A DNA stretch of 62,849 nucleotides, the filler included, from Choristocarpus tenellus KU-1152 (lineage: Eukaryota; Protista; Phaeophyceae): assembly GCA_964200185.2 (NCBI GenBank). It is 14 parts of 14 records of this genome, joined end to end, with 100 filler letters (N's around TTAATTAATTAA, not from the genome) between each part and the next. Parts side by side here need not be neighbours in the genome. Positions count along the whole stretch, not along the records: positions 50,907 to 55,937 come from CAXNAD020012112.1; positions 56,038 to 58,798 come from CAXNAD020024976.1; positions 58,899 to 62,849 come from CAXNAD020016969.1; 11 more parts are not named here. One strand, 5' to 3'. Both the position numbers and the translations under genes were made by a program. This document shows, piece by piece, positions 51,535-62,849 of the stretch; position 1 is the stretch's first letter; each line of letters opens with the position of its first letter. The notes beneath the pieces are model-generated. The model was not told where the DNA came from, made no database searches, and worked only from the letters and a program-made list of their open reading frames with translations.

Positions 51535-52776
51535 TCAACAATCCCCACTTCCCACCACATCATTACCTTCACTCTCATCTACTAAGGGCTCCAACAAACC
51601 CTCTCCTGATCCCTGGCACCCACATGTTCCCGACATAGCCTTTCCCCGAGGCCCAACTTCCTCTCTCTCATTATCGCCTCCATCCCCCTCTGCGTCCCTA
51701 CTCTTGCCCTCGCCAGTTTCACCTCGACACCCTTGAACACCGTTAGCTGTTCCACGCTCGAGGTCCTGCCCTGCAAGATCCGATGCTGTCAGATCCAAGA
51801 CTTGATGCTCTAGTTGCACCACACGTTGAGGGCTTGCCCGTCTTCCACCAGCAGACATGACAAGGGGCAGTGGAGTGGCAAAGGAGAAGGCGACAGCCCC
51901 ATCATCTACCCATCCCGCCACAGGGTATAACTTATTGTGGATGTCTTTTCCCTCGTCGTCAGGAAGAGGAGTCCATCCCCTCCCATCAGAGGCATCTCCA
52001 TCGGTACACTCGTCCGAGACATTCGATCGGCCACCTGACCGCAGCTCCGACACCGTCGATCGAAGGATCGGCATGCCCAGGGGGATGGACCACGCTTGCG
52101 CGAATGAGACGCCCTTAACATACCGGCGCGACTCGACGATGGCGCATATTACTGAGAAGGAGCAGCAAATGAAAATGAAAATAATGGCCGCCATATAGAG
52201 CTGTCGAAAGAGATTAATGATTAGGGGAGAGAGCTTTTAGTAAGGCATCATCTATTTGCAGGCTGTACGGTATATGAGAAAGTCGTTTGAATTAAGACAC
52301 AATATTTCGAGTACCTGCCAGGACATTCGTGAAGATATACGGCGAGGCTCGTTGCCGTCTTCCTCATTCCCAACACCGACACCCAAACTTGCGGCAGCGC
52401 AGCAACTGGTGCAGGTCGCGGGCCTGCCAAGGGATCAAAGGGGTGAGAAATGAGAAGCGGCATGGAGCACTGAACGTCAGGGAGGTGAGAAGTTTCGTTT
52501 GGGAGGCAAGAAAATAAAGACGATTCTGAACCCGAGAATGCTCAATCGCTGAGGAACACACGTCGGATACCTTGAACCCCCATCCACACAACTTCCTCCA
52601 ATAGTGGTCAATTGGGTGATGGAAACACAAGAGTAAGCTTTTCCGTGCATGGATACGTCTCCATTCGTGCAGTCTAAGGCCCTAGTAGAAAGGGAGCAGC
52701 AACTAACATCGCCACCACCCCCCATCACCCGGCCTAACAACATTACAACCCACAACGTTAACCAACCATGTAACAT
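51535..52776 (-). CDS. Predicted type I membrane protein, 3 exons (52776-52571, 52423-52315, 52200-51535), 326 aa
   Basis: Phase-compatible GT-AG introns; signal peptide MLHGWLTLWVVMLLGRVMG; small Cys-rich ectodomain; TM LYMAAIIFIFICCSFSVICAIV followed by RR; disordered acidic tail. Confidence 0.75.
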
Positions 52777-52859
52777 TTGTATTGTGTATTGGTATAATCG
52801 AAGTGGGTTGTGAATTTTGTGTTAAAGGAAGGACCCAATAATTCATTCCCCTTCAAAAT

Positions 52860-54200
52860 GATAGAACCTGACCGACGAATATACCGACCGACGATCTGAG
52901 GATGAGTACGAATTTCAAAACTATGAAGATATTAATGTGGGTTAGAGAACTCGTTTTGATAGAGGGGATGTAAGGTCAAGGTAACCACAGACATTTTTTT
53001 TCTAATGTGCAAGAGGGGATGTGTTCGGCAACAAAGGTGGAGGAGTTACATGCTGAGGAGATGAAGCGGTATGATCAAGCTTCCTAGGAATTGAAGATGA
53101 AATTGGCCTTGTTGCAGCATAATAGTGTAGGGTGGTATGTGATGGGAACTGTTCATTGGGGATTGGTGAATGAATTTACAGAGTCGGACATATTGTAGGG
53201 TGGTATCTAGTGTGATCCAAGGTGAAGCTCATAGTTGAGGACCGAGTGCGATGCTAGGGTTGGTATAAAGGTATAGATACATCAGTTTATAGTTAGGTGT
53301 AAGAGGATAGGTGTAACTTGTACAGTTCTAGCAGCATATGCCAATATTCGTGGACATCCACGATGGAACTGACAGAGCAGTGTACACAATAGGGTGGTAA
53401 CTAGTTAGGTATCCCGCGGAAGTCATAGTTAGAGAGGTACGTCGGGACTACGCCACCAGTCGTAGATTGTGCCGTTCCTGTCACCGACATTGATACTCCT
53501 TGGCATCCGTACTGAGATGCAACATTACGGTTCATCGTAGGGTGATAGCTGGGGTGAATGCATTCGTGTGGATCATGATCAAGTGATCAGTCGTAGCTTA
53601 TGCTTTTCCAGTAGCAAACTTGGATATTCCTTGGCATACGTGATGAAATTGACAGATCAAGCGAATTGTAGGGTGGCCGCTGGTTCAATAGCACTTGAAA
53701 GTCATAATTGGTGGGGTGTCGGGTCTACATCGACCAGCTATAATTACCTCCCAGGGCATTGGGTATGAAGTCGAAGTTAAGAACTAATCGTAGGGTGATA
53801 CTTAATGTGGTACTTCAAGAAAGAGTGATAATTGGAGGACCTAGAGTAATATTAGGGTTGGTAACTAGGCATAGACACAGTTGTTCAGAGTCCTGCTTGG
53901 ATGATCAGTCGTAGTTTTACGCATTTCTGGTCTCAAACTTGGATATTCCTTGGCATTCGTGATGAAACAAACAGATGATTTGGTCACATTATAGGGTGGT
54001 AGCTGCTTTGATAACCATGAGAGTCAAAATTGGTTATATGATGTAGATATGATAGGTCATAGATTATGTCGTTCTTGTTGCAAGTATTACTAGGCATTGG
54101 CATCTGTGATGGAATTGATGGAGTAGGGCAGATCACAGGGTGGTAACTAGTTGGATAATCCTTGAAGTCATAACTGTGGGTCTCAGCAGAGTAATAGGAT
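52860..54200 (+). pseudogene. Decayed coding-like sequence with about 10 degenerate (C/T)AGGGT(T)GGTAAC-type repeats; possibly gag-like
   Basis: EELHAEEMKRYDQAS*ELKMKLALLQ, then the motif at about 53128, 53196, 53255, 53390, 53538, 53669, 53791, 53853, 53992 and 54137. Confidence 0.45.
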
Positions 54201-56111
54201 TTGTACATAGGAATATGTATAGCCATGTCCATAGTTGTGCTAAGTGAGCAGTAGTAGTCGGTGCCACTCTACCAACAATCATTGATCCCTTTTAAAAGAA
54301 CAAGAGAACACTGCCCCCCTTGTGTACCCGATTACTGTAAATGTAAACAATATACTGCTATGATGCCATGAACTTACACAGTACTTTTGAGATGAACCTG
54401 GGTGATCATTGCTGTGTGATAGTTGGGGAGGAGGTTACATGTATTCATTATGCCCCGGTGTGTGTGTTTGACTTATCCCTTGAAGTAAAATAAGTTGTGA
54501 GTGGAATGTATAAAGTTGCCACCGAGTTGTCAAGTGCATTGCATATCTCACTGATTCCATCCAGATAATTTCCACCTGAATTTGCACTTCCCAGACAACT
54601 CACTGGTCACCGTCGCCTTGGGACTATTGTGAAGATTGCATATATATGCTGTATGTTGCAGTCCTTTTGTTTAGAGTATCCCCTTGAGACTTGATGAGTT
54701 ACATTGAGACCGTGGGATTTAGGGCACAGGTATGCCAAGTACATCGGAACGATCTGACCCCACCAAGCAGATGTAACCATTATATCACCCCCCAAAAGAT
54801 GGGTTTGAGGTCGATACAGCAAGATATCAACGCACTTCATTCTGATTTCGGCAGAGGATTTGTCAGAAGATCTGTAGGAAGTGCAAGTAGAACAGTTTAG
54901 AATTGGGGAGTGGGTAGAGGAGACCCGACTAAGGGAGACCTAAATAAGAGGAGGGGAGGGGGGGGAAGGTATGTAGGACATTGTAGCGTTATCGGGTATA
55001 CAAAATGGAGTCCTAGCCTTTTGAATTGGGATAGAGTTCAGAGATTACTCAAAGGCAGGTGCAAGATGGGTGCCTCCCTAAAGGCGATGTGTTAGGGGAG
55101 CTTGCTGCTGGAAAAGGAAAAGCAAGGTGAGCATTCCTCCAAGACGACTTTGAGAAATTGGGATTGAGGCTAATGTTTCGAGCACCAGACCCACTAACCA
55201 ACAGGCGTAATCTGAATGTGTGGCTGACAGCACAGCAAGGTTTATGGCAGAGTTGCATTCCAAGGGATTTATGATAGCTAATTTACATCACCCAAAAACA
55301 GCAGCTAAGGTGGCTGAATGCACTGATATTGGCGCCACCACTAATGTCTGCCGAATGCTGCAGTCTCATCACATTCTCATTTTTTGTTTCTTGCATCCGT
55401 CGTTTATTTTTCTTTCTTCTCTTCCTCTTTATTTTTGAGTGATGGCCTTTTTCTCTTGGGGGTTCTATTCTCTAGTTTTTATTTTTCTCAAGGTCCTTGT
55501 TGCCTTTTCTTATTAAGCAGTGTGCATTAGCTTCTTTGGATAACCTTTTCAACCATCAGTGTGGAATCCCTCAAATTAACGTGATATTAGTACCAATTAT
55601 TGTTATTATTGTGAGGCAGGCTCCAATCAGCTGCGGGGGGTGTTCAGAATCACCAGTTGTGCTCTGAGCCCTGTGCTGACAAAGAGACAGTAAGGGCTGC
55701 AACAAATTGTTGCATCGTCTCATTCATGGGTTTTGTGGTAAGGTGGGTGAACAAACGAGTACAGTAATGAAATTCTATATTACATGATCCGTCATCTTTA
55801 ATATGTCGAAAGAACAGAACATGTATCTCTTGCATGAACACAGTCCCATAGTTGCATTTCCCCCATTCCCCTCCTCCCCATTGTTCTACCACTTGTGACC
55901 AACCAGTGGGACCCCTTTGCCACTGATTTCCAGCCACNNNNNNNNNNNNNNNNNNNNNNNNNNNNNNNNNNNNNNNNNNNNTTAATTAATTAANNNNNNN
56001 NNNNNNNNNNNNNNNNNNNNNNNNNNNNNNNNNNNNNCCCCACCCCTCTCTCCCCCAACCATCGTCTGAACAACTAACCCTAATCCTAAAACAAATATCA
56101 CATCCACAACA

Positions 56112-56368
56112 GAGTCGAAGTATCTTAGAGGGTAGAGCCGTGTCCATTTGTTGGTCAAATCCAATGCTGCGATATTGATGAGATTTTGGCTATGGTATTT
56201 GATAGGAAGTGTCAATATCCTTGTTCCAGACACAACTTATTATAACGTACACATTTTACCTCCTCTGAACCATTTTGGGGTAGGAAAATGTAAGAAAAAT
56301 CCCGTGCAAACCCAAGCCCCAAACGGACAAACAGGGCACAACTCGTACCCTCTAAGATACTTTCACTC
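56112..56368 (-). mobile_element. MITE family A, full length, TSD AACA
   Basis: aaca-gagtcgaagtatcttagagggtagag ... taccctctaagatactttcactc-aaca. Confidence 0.92.
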
Positions 56369-56485
56369 AACACAAAGTACAACTATGATGCTAAACACTA
56401 AGAACACACCACTACCCCCCACCCCCCTCCCTCCTCCATTGCCTTTGTTCCCCCAAATGTGTGTTGCTGATTTGCTCAACACTAG

Positions 56486-56656
56486 AATAATGAGGCTGTG
56501 GCTGGCTGCAGGGTGCACCCTTTCCTGTGCACAATGCCTTCCAAGGAGGTGCCTCATATTAGGGTATACCCTCACTCCCACGGTGGCAAGGGCGATGACT
56601 GGAACACTCCATCTGTGTTTGATGCTGATAAGGTACAGTATAGTAGATTAGAGGAT

Positions 56657-56690
<34 letters not shown>

Positions 56691-57943
56691 CAAGAACAAT
56701 GACGGGTACAGTTCAGTACAGTAAACAGGTACAGTACTATTGGTGCAGTTTTGGATACAGCTTATTAGTATACCTAAAGGTACAGTGAATTATGAACCAT
56801 AAATGGGGTACATTGCACCACTGTTGCCAGGAAGGGGTGGGGGGGGATGAGTTGGTTTTGGAATAATATTATTATTATTATTATTATTATGATTGTGTAG
56901 TGGGTTTTCTGGACTTGTGTATACTGTATGAATTACAAAATCAAATCAATATTGTGTGCTATGTAGTGCTACGTGGTGCTCTTTAAAGTACTCCACAACG
57001 ACCCAGATTATCGCTTCAGAAGTCATTCTGTAGTATAGAGTACCTGGAGATAATAGGAATAGGTGAATACAGGTTTGGTCAAGTTGGATCATATGTATTA
57101 TATTTATCATGTTTATTGAAATGATCGTATTTATTGCATTTATTGTATTTGCTGTATTTATTTTATTTGTAGTGTTACTGTTTAATTTTTCTTCCTTGAA
57201 CTGTACTTCTGATTTTGTAGTTAATCCCTTCCATGTTGTTGTTTCATCATCACCATAATATATACCTCATTCTGATGGGTTAAGGATTCTGATGGGTTAA
57301 GGATCGAACTGACTTTTTTGATACATGCTAGCTCATCTAAAATAAATCCAATATGCTTGATTGAATCATCTAAGCGTGTGAAAAACTTTGGGCGCCACAT
57401 AGCATTACACCGCCTTCGCAAGGAGATGAGGGAGGTGAGTGGTATAAAAAAGGATCTGGAAGTATACGTTTATCAAGGCACAAAGGGTGAATATGAAAAG
57501 AATAAATAAACTGACTGAACCTATCACAGGAAGGTATACATTATGATATCAAATGTTACTGACTATACTAGTATAAAGTGGTTGATTGATTATTATTATT
57601 ATTATTATTATTGTTATTATTATTATTATTATTATTATGTTTGTTTTCCTGTGTAGAATTTTGAATCGCCACATCACTGTTCATTTTATTGTATTAAATT
57701 CATAATTCTTACACATAGTACAAATGAGTTATTGTTCATTTTTAACAAACAAAATATTGTTGTCAGTGATTTTTAATAAACTTAGTACATGCCCCAAATC
57801 AGACCTGTCAGTCAGCCTATCTTTTTTCCTCATATCTCGCACTGATCTACACATTTTTTTATTATTATTGACAGATAAAAATAGTGAAGGTTTTGGATAT
57901 TATAAAGGAGGCAGAAGAATCCTTACCATCATTGGTGATGCAG
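56486..57943 (+). CDS. Probable internal exons (56486-56632, 57875-57943) of a protein, possibly thioredoxin-fold
   Basis: AG/GT-bounded phase-0 open exons NNEAVAGCRVHPFLCTMPSKEVPHIRVYP...DADK and IKIVKVLDIIKEAEESLPSLVMQ; LC...vP.i.vyP resembles Trx-like domains. Confidence 0.45.
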
Positions 57944-58747
57944 GTACACACTGATGGGAATGAGATCACACCAGGTTCATGAAGCATTTGAAGGTTTCAT
58001 TAGGCTACACTTCTAGAAGGTCCAGCTTACTTGTAGAGTCAAAGTATCCTAGACGATATTTTGACAATATTGTTTATTTTAATTTTTTATTTTAATAATG
58101 GTTTGCTTACTCCACAATCCAGACAAGACAATGGAAGGGATGGATGTAGAGAGGATGAGAAAGAGATAGAGCAAAGTTCATCACCCTCCACTTCAATAAG
58201 TTAGAAGACATTTGAGAGAAGGATGTTGGTAAGGATAACATGCTTCTGAAAACTGAATGTAACCCACAGAATAACCAAAATGTTCCTTACAACAGCGGTG
58301 GACTGAGAATAACCAAGAACAGGTACCACCAGAATGTCAGAGGGACCCTTGGAACTCGACAGCGAGCCCTTTCTGTGCTAGATACTAGATGTTACTGCTT
58401 ACTGCTTACTGCTTACTACTTCCTGCGTGCTACTTGCTAACTACTGCTTACTACTTAATTTTATTCTCTTCAACAGATGTTAACACGCTACATACCATTC
58501 ATGCACTTGCGCTAGCCCCAACCCCAACTCAACATGCTTAACTTTCTTTTTTTCCAAGTCTGTTGGTTGTTGGGTCAACTTAAGATCTGCTAGGTCCCTT
58601 AGAAGAATATATTGCTGTTGTTCCAGCAACAATTTTTGTAGAAAATAAGAATAAAAATAAAATAAAATTTTGAAGTAGAAGAAAAAGGACATTTTAAAAT
58701 GTTATAGAAAGCATGAACACATTTCACAACTTACACAACTTAAAATT

Positions 58748-58961
58748 GAGCCAAAGTATCTGGGAGGGGGAGGGGGGCCTACACCAGGGTGTCCATTTNN
58801 NNNNNNNNNNNNNNNNNNNNNNNNNNNNNNNNNNNNNNNNNNTTAATTAATTAANNNNNNNNNNNNNNNNNNNNNNNNNNNNNNNNNNNNNNNNNNNNCG
58901 ACAAGAAAAAATTGACCCCAAATGGACAGCCGCCCCCCCCCCCCCCCCAGATACTTTGAGC
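58748..58961. mobile_element. MITE family B termini flanking a linker (58748-58798, 58899-58961)
   Basis: gagccaaagtatctgggagggg...gtgtccattt and caaatggacagccg-polyC-agatactttgagc; no TSD match. Confidence 0.8.
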
Positions 58962-59262
58962 ATCTTTTCCGATTTCCAATGCCCTTCCTAACCTTCCACA
59001 CTTCATGGTCAACTCATACAGGAAATTCTCAACTTCCTAAAGAAAGTCATTGGGAAATTTGTAGTTTTGTTGTGAGCTAAAAGAAATTTCGACTACGACT
59101 AAATTGGGTAGAAAAAAATTCGATCAGTCAAATTGAATCATTCTCCATAATTTTTGAAGACTTTGAATTTAAATAACCGAACAACCGAGCTTTTTCAGCA
59201 CAATTATTTGAAGTGGATTGAACTGCGTGATTTACAACACTATAAATTTCCCAATTTCCATT

Positions 59263-59336
59263 ATATATATTATTATGCCCTCTGACATTTTACAGATGTG
59301 TCAAGGCAAAAGTCAGTCCAATATCACAAGGACACC
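59263..59336 (-). mobile_element. Ultra-short tail insertion, variant 5' segment (type 2), TSD TTTCCATT
   Basis: tttccatt at 59255-59262 and 59337-59344; same hairpin tail but upstream gtgatattggactgactttt instead of gttttcattggtttcc. Confidence 0.75.
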
Positions 59337-59356
59337 TTTCCATTTTATCTTCAAAG

Positions 59357-60570
59357 TATTATATTACTATGCCCTTTGACATTTTGCAGATGTGTCAGGG
59401 GGAAAGACAATGAAAAACCAATTCAATATCTTAACAACCCCCTGAAAAAGTAACATTTGTCGTAAATGTGTGAAAGACATTTTTCTATCGTCTATTTACT
59501 ATTTTACCACCAGCTATGCTACACCACCCCCTCCTATGCCTCCAACCTAGCTTAGCCCTACACTACAGGGTGAGGAGATGGAAGCATCCCAAGAATCTGA
59601 CAGGCCCCTCCTTGCCCATCTCCCTGGTATCTCCAGTATAAAACACATGACACGTCTTGATAGAGCCACTTATTATGTTGTGACGGACACTATCTGTTAT
59701 AAACGGGATTTGACTGCTCCTTTCCTGCTGTAGCCTCCCACCCCTCTCCCCTGTACCGATTGCGTAGCCAACTCATCCAGAAAAATTTCTGCTTGTTTAC
59801 CGAGCTGCCCAAACCTTTTCATCGCGAAAATGAGGTTAAACTGTAAGGATCAAAAGAACCCCTCATAGTGGGTGTGCTCTCGCACCTCAGCTGCAGCAGC
59901 AGCTACACCATTGATAGTGGGTGAGTGTAGCAGATGGGAGGCTGCTTGCACTTCTGCAAATGTGACATCCAGGAGGAGGCCTTTATCCCGGTAGAGGGGG
60001 CTGATTCGGTGTCCACAAGTGCCCCAGCATGAAAGACCAGATCCATATGGAAATTCCAGTCCACTGTGAATGGGCTATCGTCCTCCGTAGTGCAAGGAAT
60101 GCATATTCCTTTGCAGAGTTGACCTAGACGTTTCACCATTGGTGTGTGTTGGTGGACCTGTCCCCGACCAGGATAAGTGCACTTACATTATCCCTCCGAT
60201 GCATGCAACCAAATCACCCAAATACCGCGACATGGAAAAATGAGCCCCAAATGGACAGCACCCCCCCAAGGGGGTCCCCTTGTTATGTCCCTGACCTCGA
60301 TGGCATTATCTTCATACCTCCCTCATCCTGAGGGGGAAGAAGATTACGGGAGTCCCCGTACACCTTAGACACGTAGGATAAGAGTCCTGGTAGAGTCCCA
60401 GGGAGAGTCTCGATGAAGGCCGGGTGGCGTACGCTGTTGAGGGCGTTTTTTTCATCTAGACTTATGACCCATTCGCCATACTCATACCTTAGACGAACAT
60501 CCAGTACGGCACACTCCACCCTGTCTGGGACCCCTAGATTAAGTGTCCAATTCCGTCGAAAAATACCTTC
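59357..60570 (-). mobile_element. CRE-like LINE with RT N-terminal half, REL domain and tail; internally deleted, with a MITE-B remnant (about 60180-60268) at the junction
   Basis: NLGVPDRVE...VISLDEKNALNSV...LLSYVSKVYG...SGT*QGDPLG (RT), then HTPMVKRLGQLCKG...FHMDLVFHAG (REL) and a full 3' UTR/tail. Confidence 0.88.
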
Positions 60571-60844
60571 AAATCGACAGAGTGGGCAGAGCGGTATAAC
60601 AGTGCATCCAAAGTGTTTTACTGTAAATGTTACACTATTGTTTTTCTCAACAATATCACACGTTTTGCCCAGTTTGTTCATTTGAGGCTTGGTTTCCCAC
60701 GGGTTGTTAATGATCGTTTATCTAATCTAAAATGGGTTGGAGTCAGTAAAATGTATACGTTGTGAACACATATATCCATAACAAGGGTATTGACCCTTCC
60801 TGAAAAACTTGATAGCCAAAATTACATCAAAATATCAACAGCTT

Positions 60845-61452
60845 GCTGGAATCACCAGGGAGATGGGCACGGAGGGGTTTATTGGATTCTTGAGATGCCT
60901 CCCTAGCTCCTCCCTCCGGGGTACGAGTGAAAGTGTCTAAGAGGGTACGAGTTTTGCCCTATTTTTCCATCTGGGGCTTGGCTTCCCTCGGGGGTTTTAT
61001 GACATTTTCCTACTCCAAAATATTTCAGGGTAGGTAAAATGAATTCGTTATGAGTGTGTCCGGAACAAGGATAATGACACTTCCTAACACAGTAGCCAAG
61101 ATTACATCGAAATCGCATCATTGGATTTTGACCCCCAAATAGACGTGGCTCTACCCTCTTTGTAAGATACTTTGGCTCTACATGTATAATAGGTAGATTG
61201 GAGACACAGAAAGGCAGTGGTATAACATAGATAGTGGTGAAGTAACAAATAGATTAGTGTATTTCACATTTAGGACTTTTTATTGCTTTAGGGCTTATAC
61301 TGACAATGTGTATAGATTTTATTGGTTTCCCCCCTGACACATCTGCAAAATGTCAGAGGGCATAATAATAAAAATAATACCATACTTTCCCCCTCCTGGC
61401 CCCCTGACACATCTGGAAAATGTCAGATGGCATAATAATAAAATAATACCAT
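60845..61452 (+). mobile_element. CRE-like LINE 3' end split by MITE-A and followed by a second tail copy (61384-61452)
   Basis: caccagggagatgggc...ggggtac [MITE] tac...ttggagacacag...tail; a second ccctgacacatctggaaaatgtcaga tail with duplicated ataataaaataataccat. Confidence 0.85.
60925..61178 (+). mobile_element. MITE family A, full length, TSD TAC
   Basis: tac-gagtgaaagtgtctaagagggt ... taagatactttggctc-tac. Confidence 0.9.
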
Positions 61453-61654
61453 GCTTCTGACAATACAAAAACTAGACAAGAACCAACACCTTTTGGAGAT
61501 GTGTGAAGGAAAAAAAAAGATGTCACAACGAATGTGAATACAATATTTGTCAATGCTAAAACACCTCTCTAAAATATATTGTATAAATATTACGTCCCCT
61601 TGAGATTTTTCACTACAAAGGCAACGACCTATGAAAGCATCCATTAAAAAACGG

Positions 61655-62445
61655 CGAGGCCCCTTCTCGCCCACCTGCCTGATGTCTCTAGCTCGAAACG
61701 CATGACACGTCTTGAGAGAGTCAATTGTGCAGTTCCGAACACTATCTATCTCAAACGGAACAATCCCTTTCCTGCAATATCCTCCACTACCACGAACCGA
61801 AGATCACCTTTCACGTGAAAACTTGTAATTTGCAAGGTTAGTATAATTAATATCATTTTTATTTATTCTTCCCGCAGATTATGTAGGGTGGGTATTGTCC
61901 CGACCTATGGTCAGAGGCACTACACTACATACTATTAAAATTGCACTGTACTTATTACTGGCTAACTGATGCACCATGACTAATTGCATTAGCTCCGTTC
62001 CTGCCTTGCTTCTTGCGTGTAGGGTTCAACACCCCCTCTCCTCCCAGAAACGTCAAGACCAAAACTATGTGACAAGGGGTACTGAAGATACAACAGTTGT
62101 CGTCAATGCAAAGATACCTCCCTTACATTTATGTACTATTTGAAACATCACAATACAATGATGATGTCCCCATGGAGATTGTTCTCTATTAATTAATGTG
62201 CGCACTGCTGTGTTTCTACGAAGATGGGCAAGGAGGTAGGGAAGCATCCCAAGAACCTGTCGAGGTCTCTTCTTGCCCAACTTGCGGGGTGTCTCTAGGT
62301 TAAAATGCATGATGCATTTCAAGAGAGTCACCTGTTGTGCAGTGACGAGCACTATTTGTCTCAAACTAGACTTGACAGCCCCTTTCCGTCCATACCCCCA
62401 GACCCTCTCCCCCCGACTGCCTGGGTGGCCAACTCATCCAGGAAA
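61655..62445 (-). mobile_element. Two further decayed CRE-like LINE fragments (about 61655-61790 and 62215-62445)
   Basis: catgacacgtcttgagagag and gaagcatcccaagaa...ccaactcatccag match 59580-59780. Confidence 0.7.
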
Positions 62446-62610
62446 CTCATAGTGTCAGAAAACTAAAAAAAGGTAAAAAGGCTTTGTTCATTGTGGAGAA
62501 ATGCAGAGCTGATGATATACGACGTCCAAACGTGCACAAGATTTGAGAGATGAGGAGGAAGGAGAGAGTGATGGGATGTTGAACTCAACGCACAAGAAGC
62601 AAGGAATCAA

Positions 62611-62849
62611 GAGCCAAAGCATCTTAGAGGGTAGAGCCGCGTCCATTTGGGGGTCAAAATCCAATGTTCCGATTTTGATGTAATTTTGACTATCGTGTTT
62701 TTTGGAAGTGTCAATATCCTTGTTCCGCACACACCTTTTCATAACGTATAAATTTTACTTACTCCGAAACATATCGGAGTAGAAAAATGTCATAAAACAT
62801 CTGTGGGAAGCCAAGCCCCAAATGGACAAACAGGGCAAAAATTGTACCC
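62611..62849 (-). mobile_element. MITE family A, cut by window end
   Basis: gagccaaagcatcttagagggtagagccgcgtccatttgggggtc... through ggacaaacagggcaaaa. Confidence 0.9.

Noticed and set aside
53100-54200. CRISPR-like array (short motif recurring about every 65 bp)
   Set aside because: The repeats are only about 10-15 bp, degenerate and irregularly spaced; the spacers resemble each other; there are no cas genes and the context is eukaryotic.
54665-54729. HMA-like exon DLMSYIETVGFRAQ|GT
   Set aside because: It has an in-frame TGA just upstream and no partner exon with CxxC was found; too short to support.
57586-58455. (ATT)n and (CTTACTG)n microsatellites
   Set aside because: Ordinary simple repeats.

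Overview
Eukaryotic, intron-rich, transposon-littered DNA. A photosynthetic stramenopile such as a brown alga or relative is likely, but that is inferred from gene content and LINE types. The window is not one locus: it is 14 short contigs joined by 13 artificial 100-bp linkers (N44-TTAATTAATTAA-N44), so neighbourhood across linkers is unreliable. Spliced host-gene pieces: SMARCAL1/ZRANB3-like SNF2 helicase, a TFIIS-N-terminal-domain protein, NTAQ1/WDYHV1, a Cys-rich secreted protein head-to-head with an At1g16080-like protein, an ankyrin protein, a DUF4336/MBL-like protein and a complete 3-exon single-pass membrane protein. Mobile DNA dominates. It includes a CRE-like non-LTR retrotransposon (RT plus restriction-like endonuclease) whose hairpin+(ATA)n 3' tail also occurs as 60-95-bp stand-alone insertions with their own TSDs, and two related MITE families (shared AAAGTATCT termini, 3- or 4-bp TSDs, one with a conserved central hairpin) that often sit at deletion junctions. 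Decayed Copia, Gypsy (chromodomain), RTE, pogo/mariner and probable Penelope-like elements are also present. No CRISPR, rRNA, tRNA or prokaryotic system was seen. All family assignments come from motif recognition by eye, not database searches.
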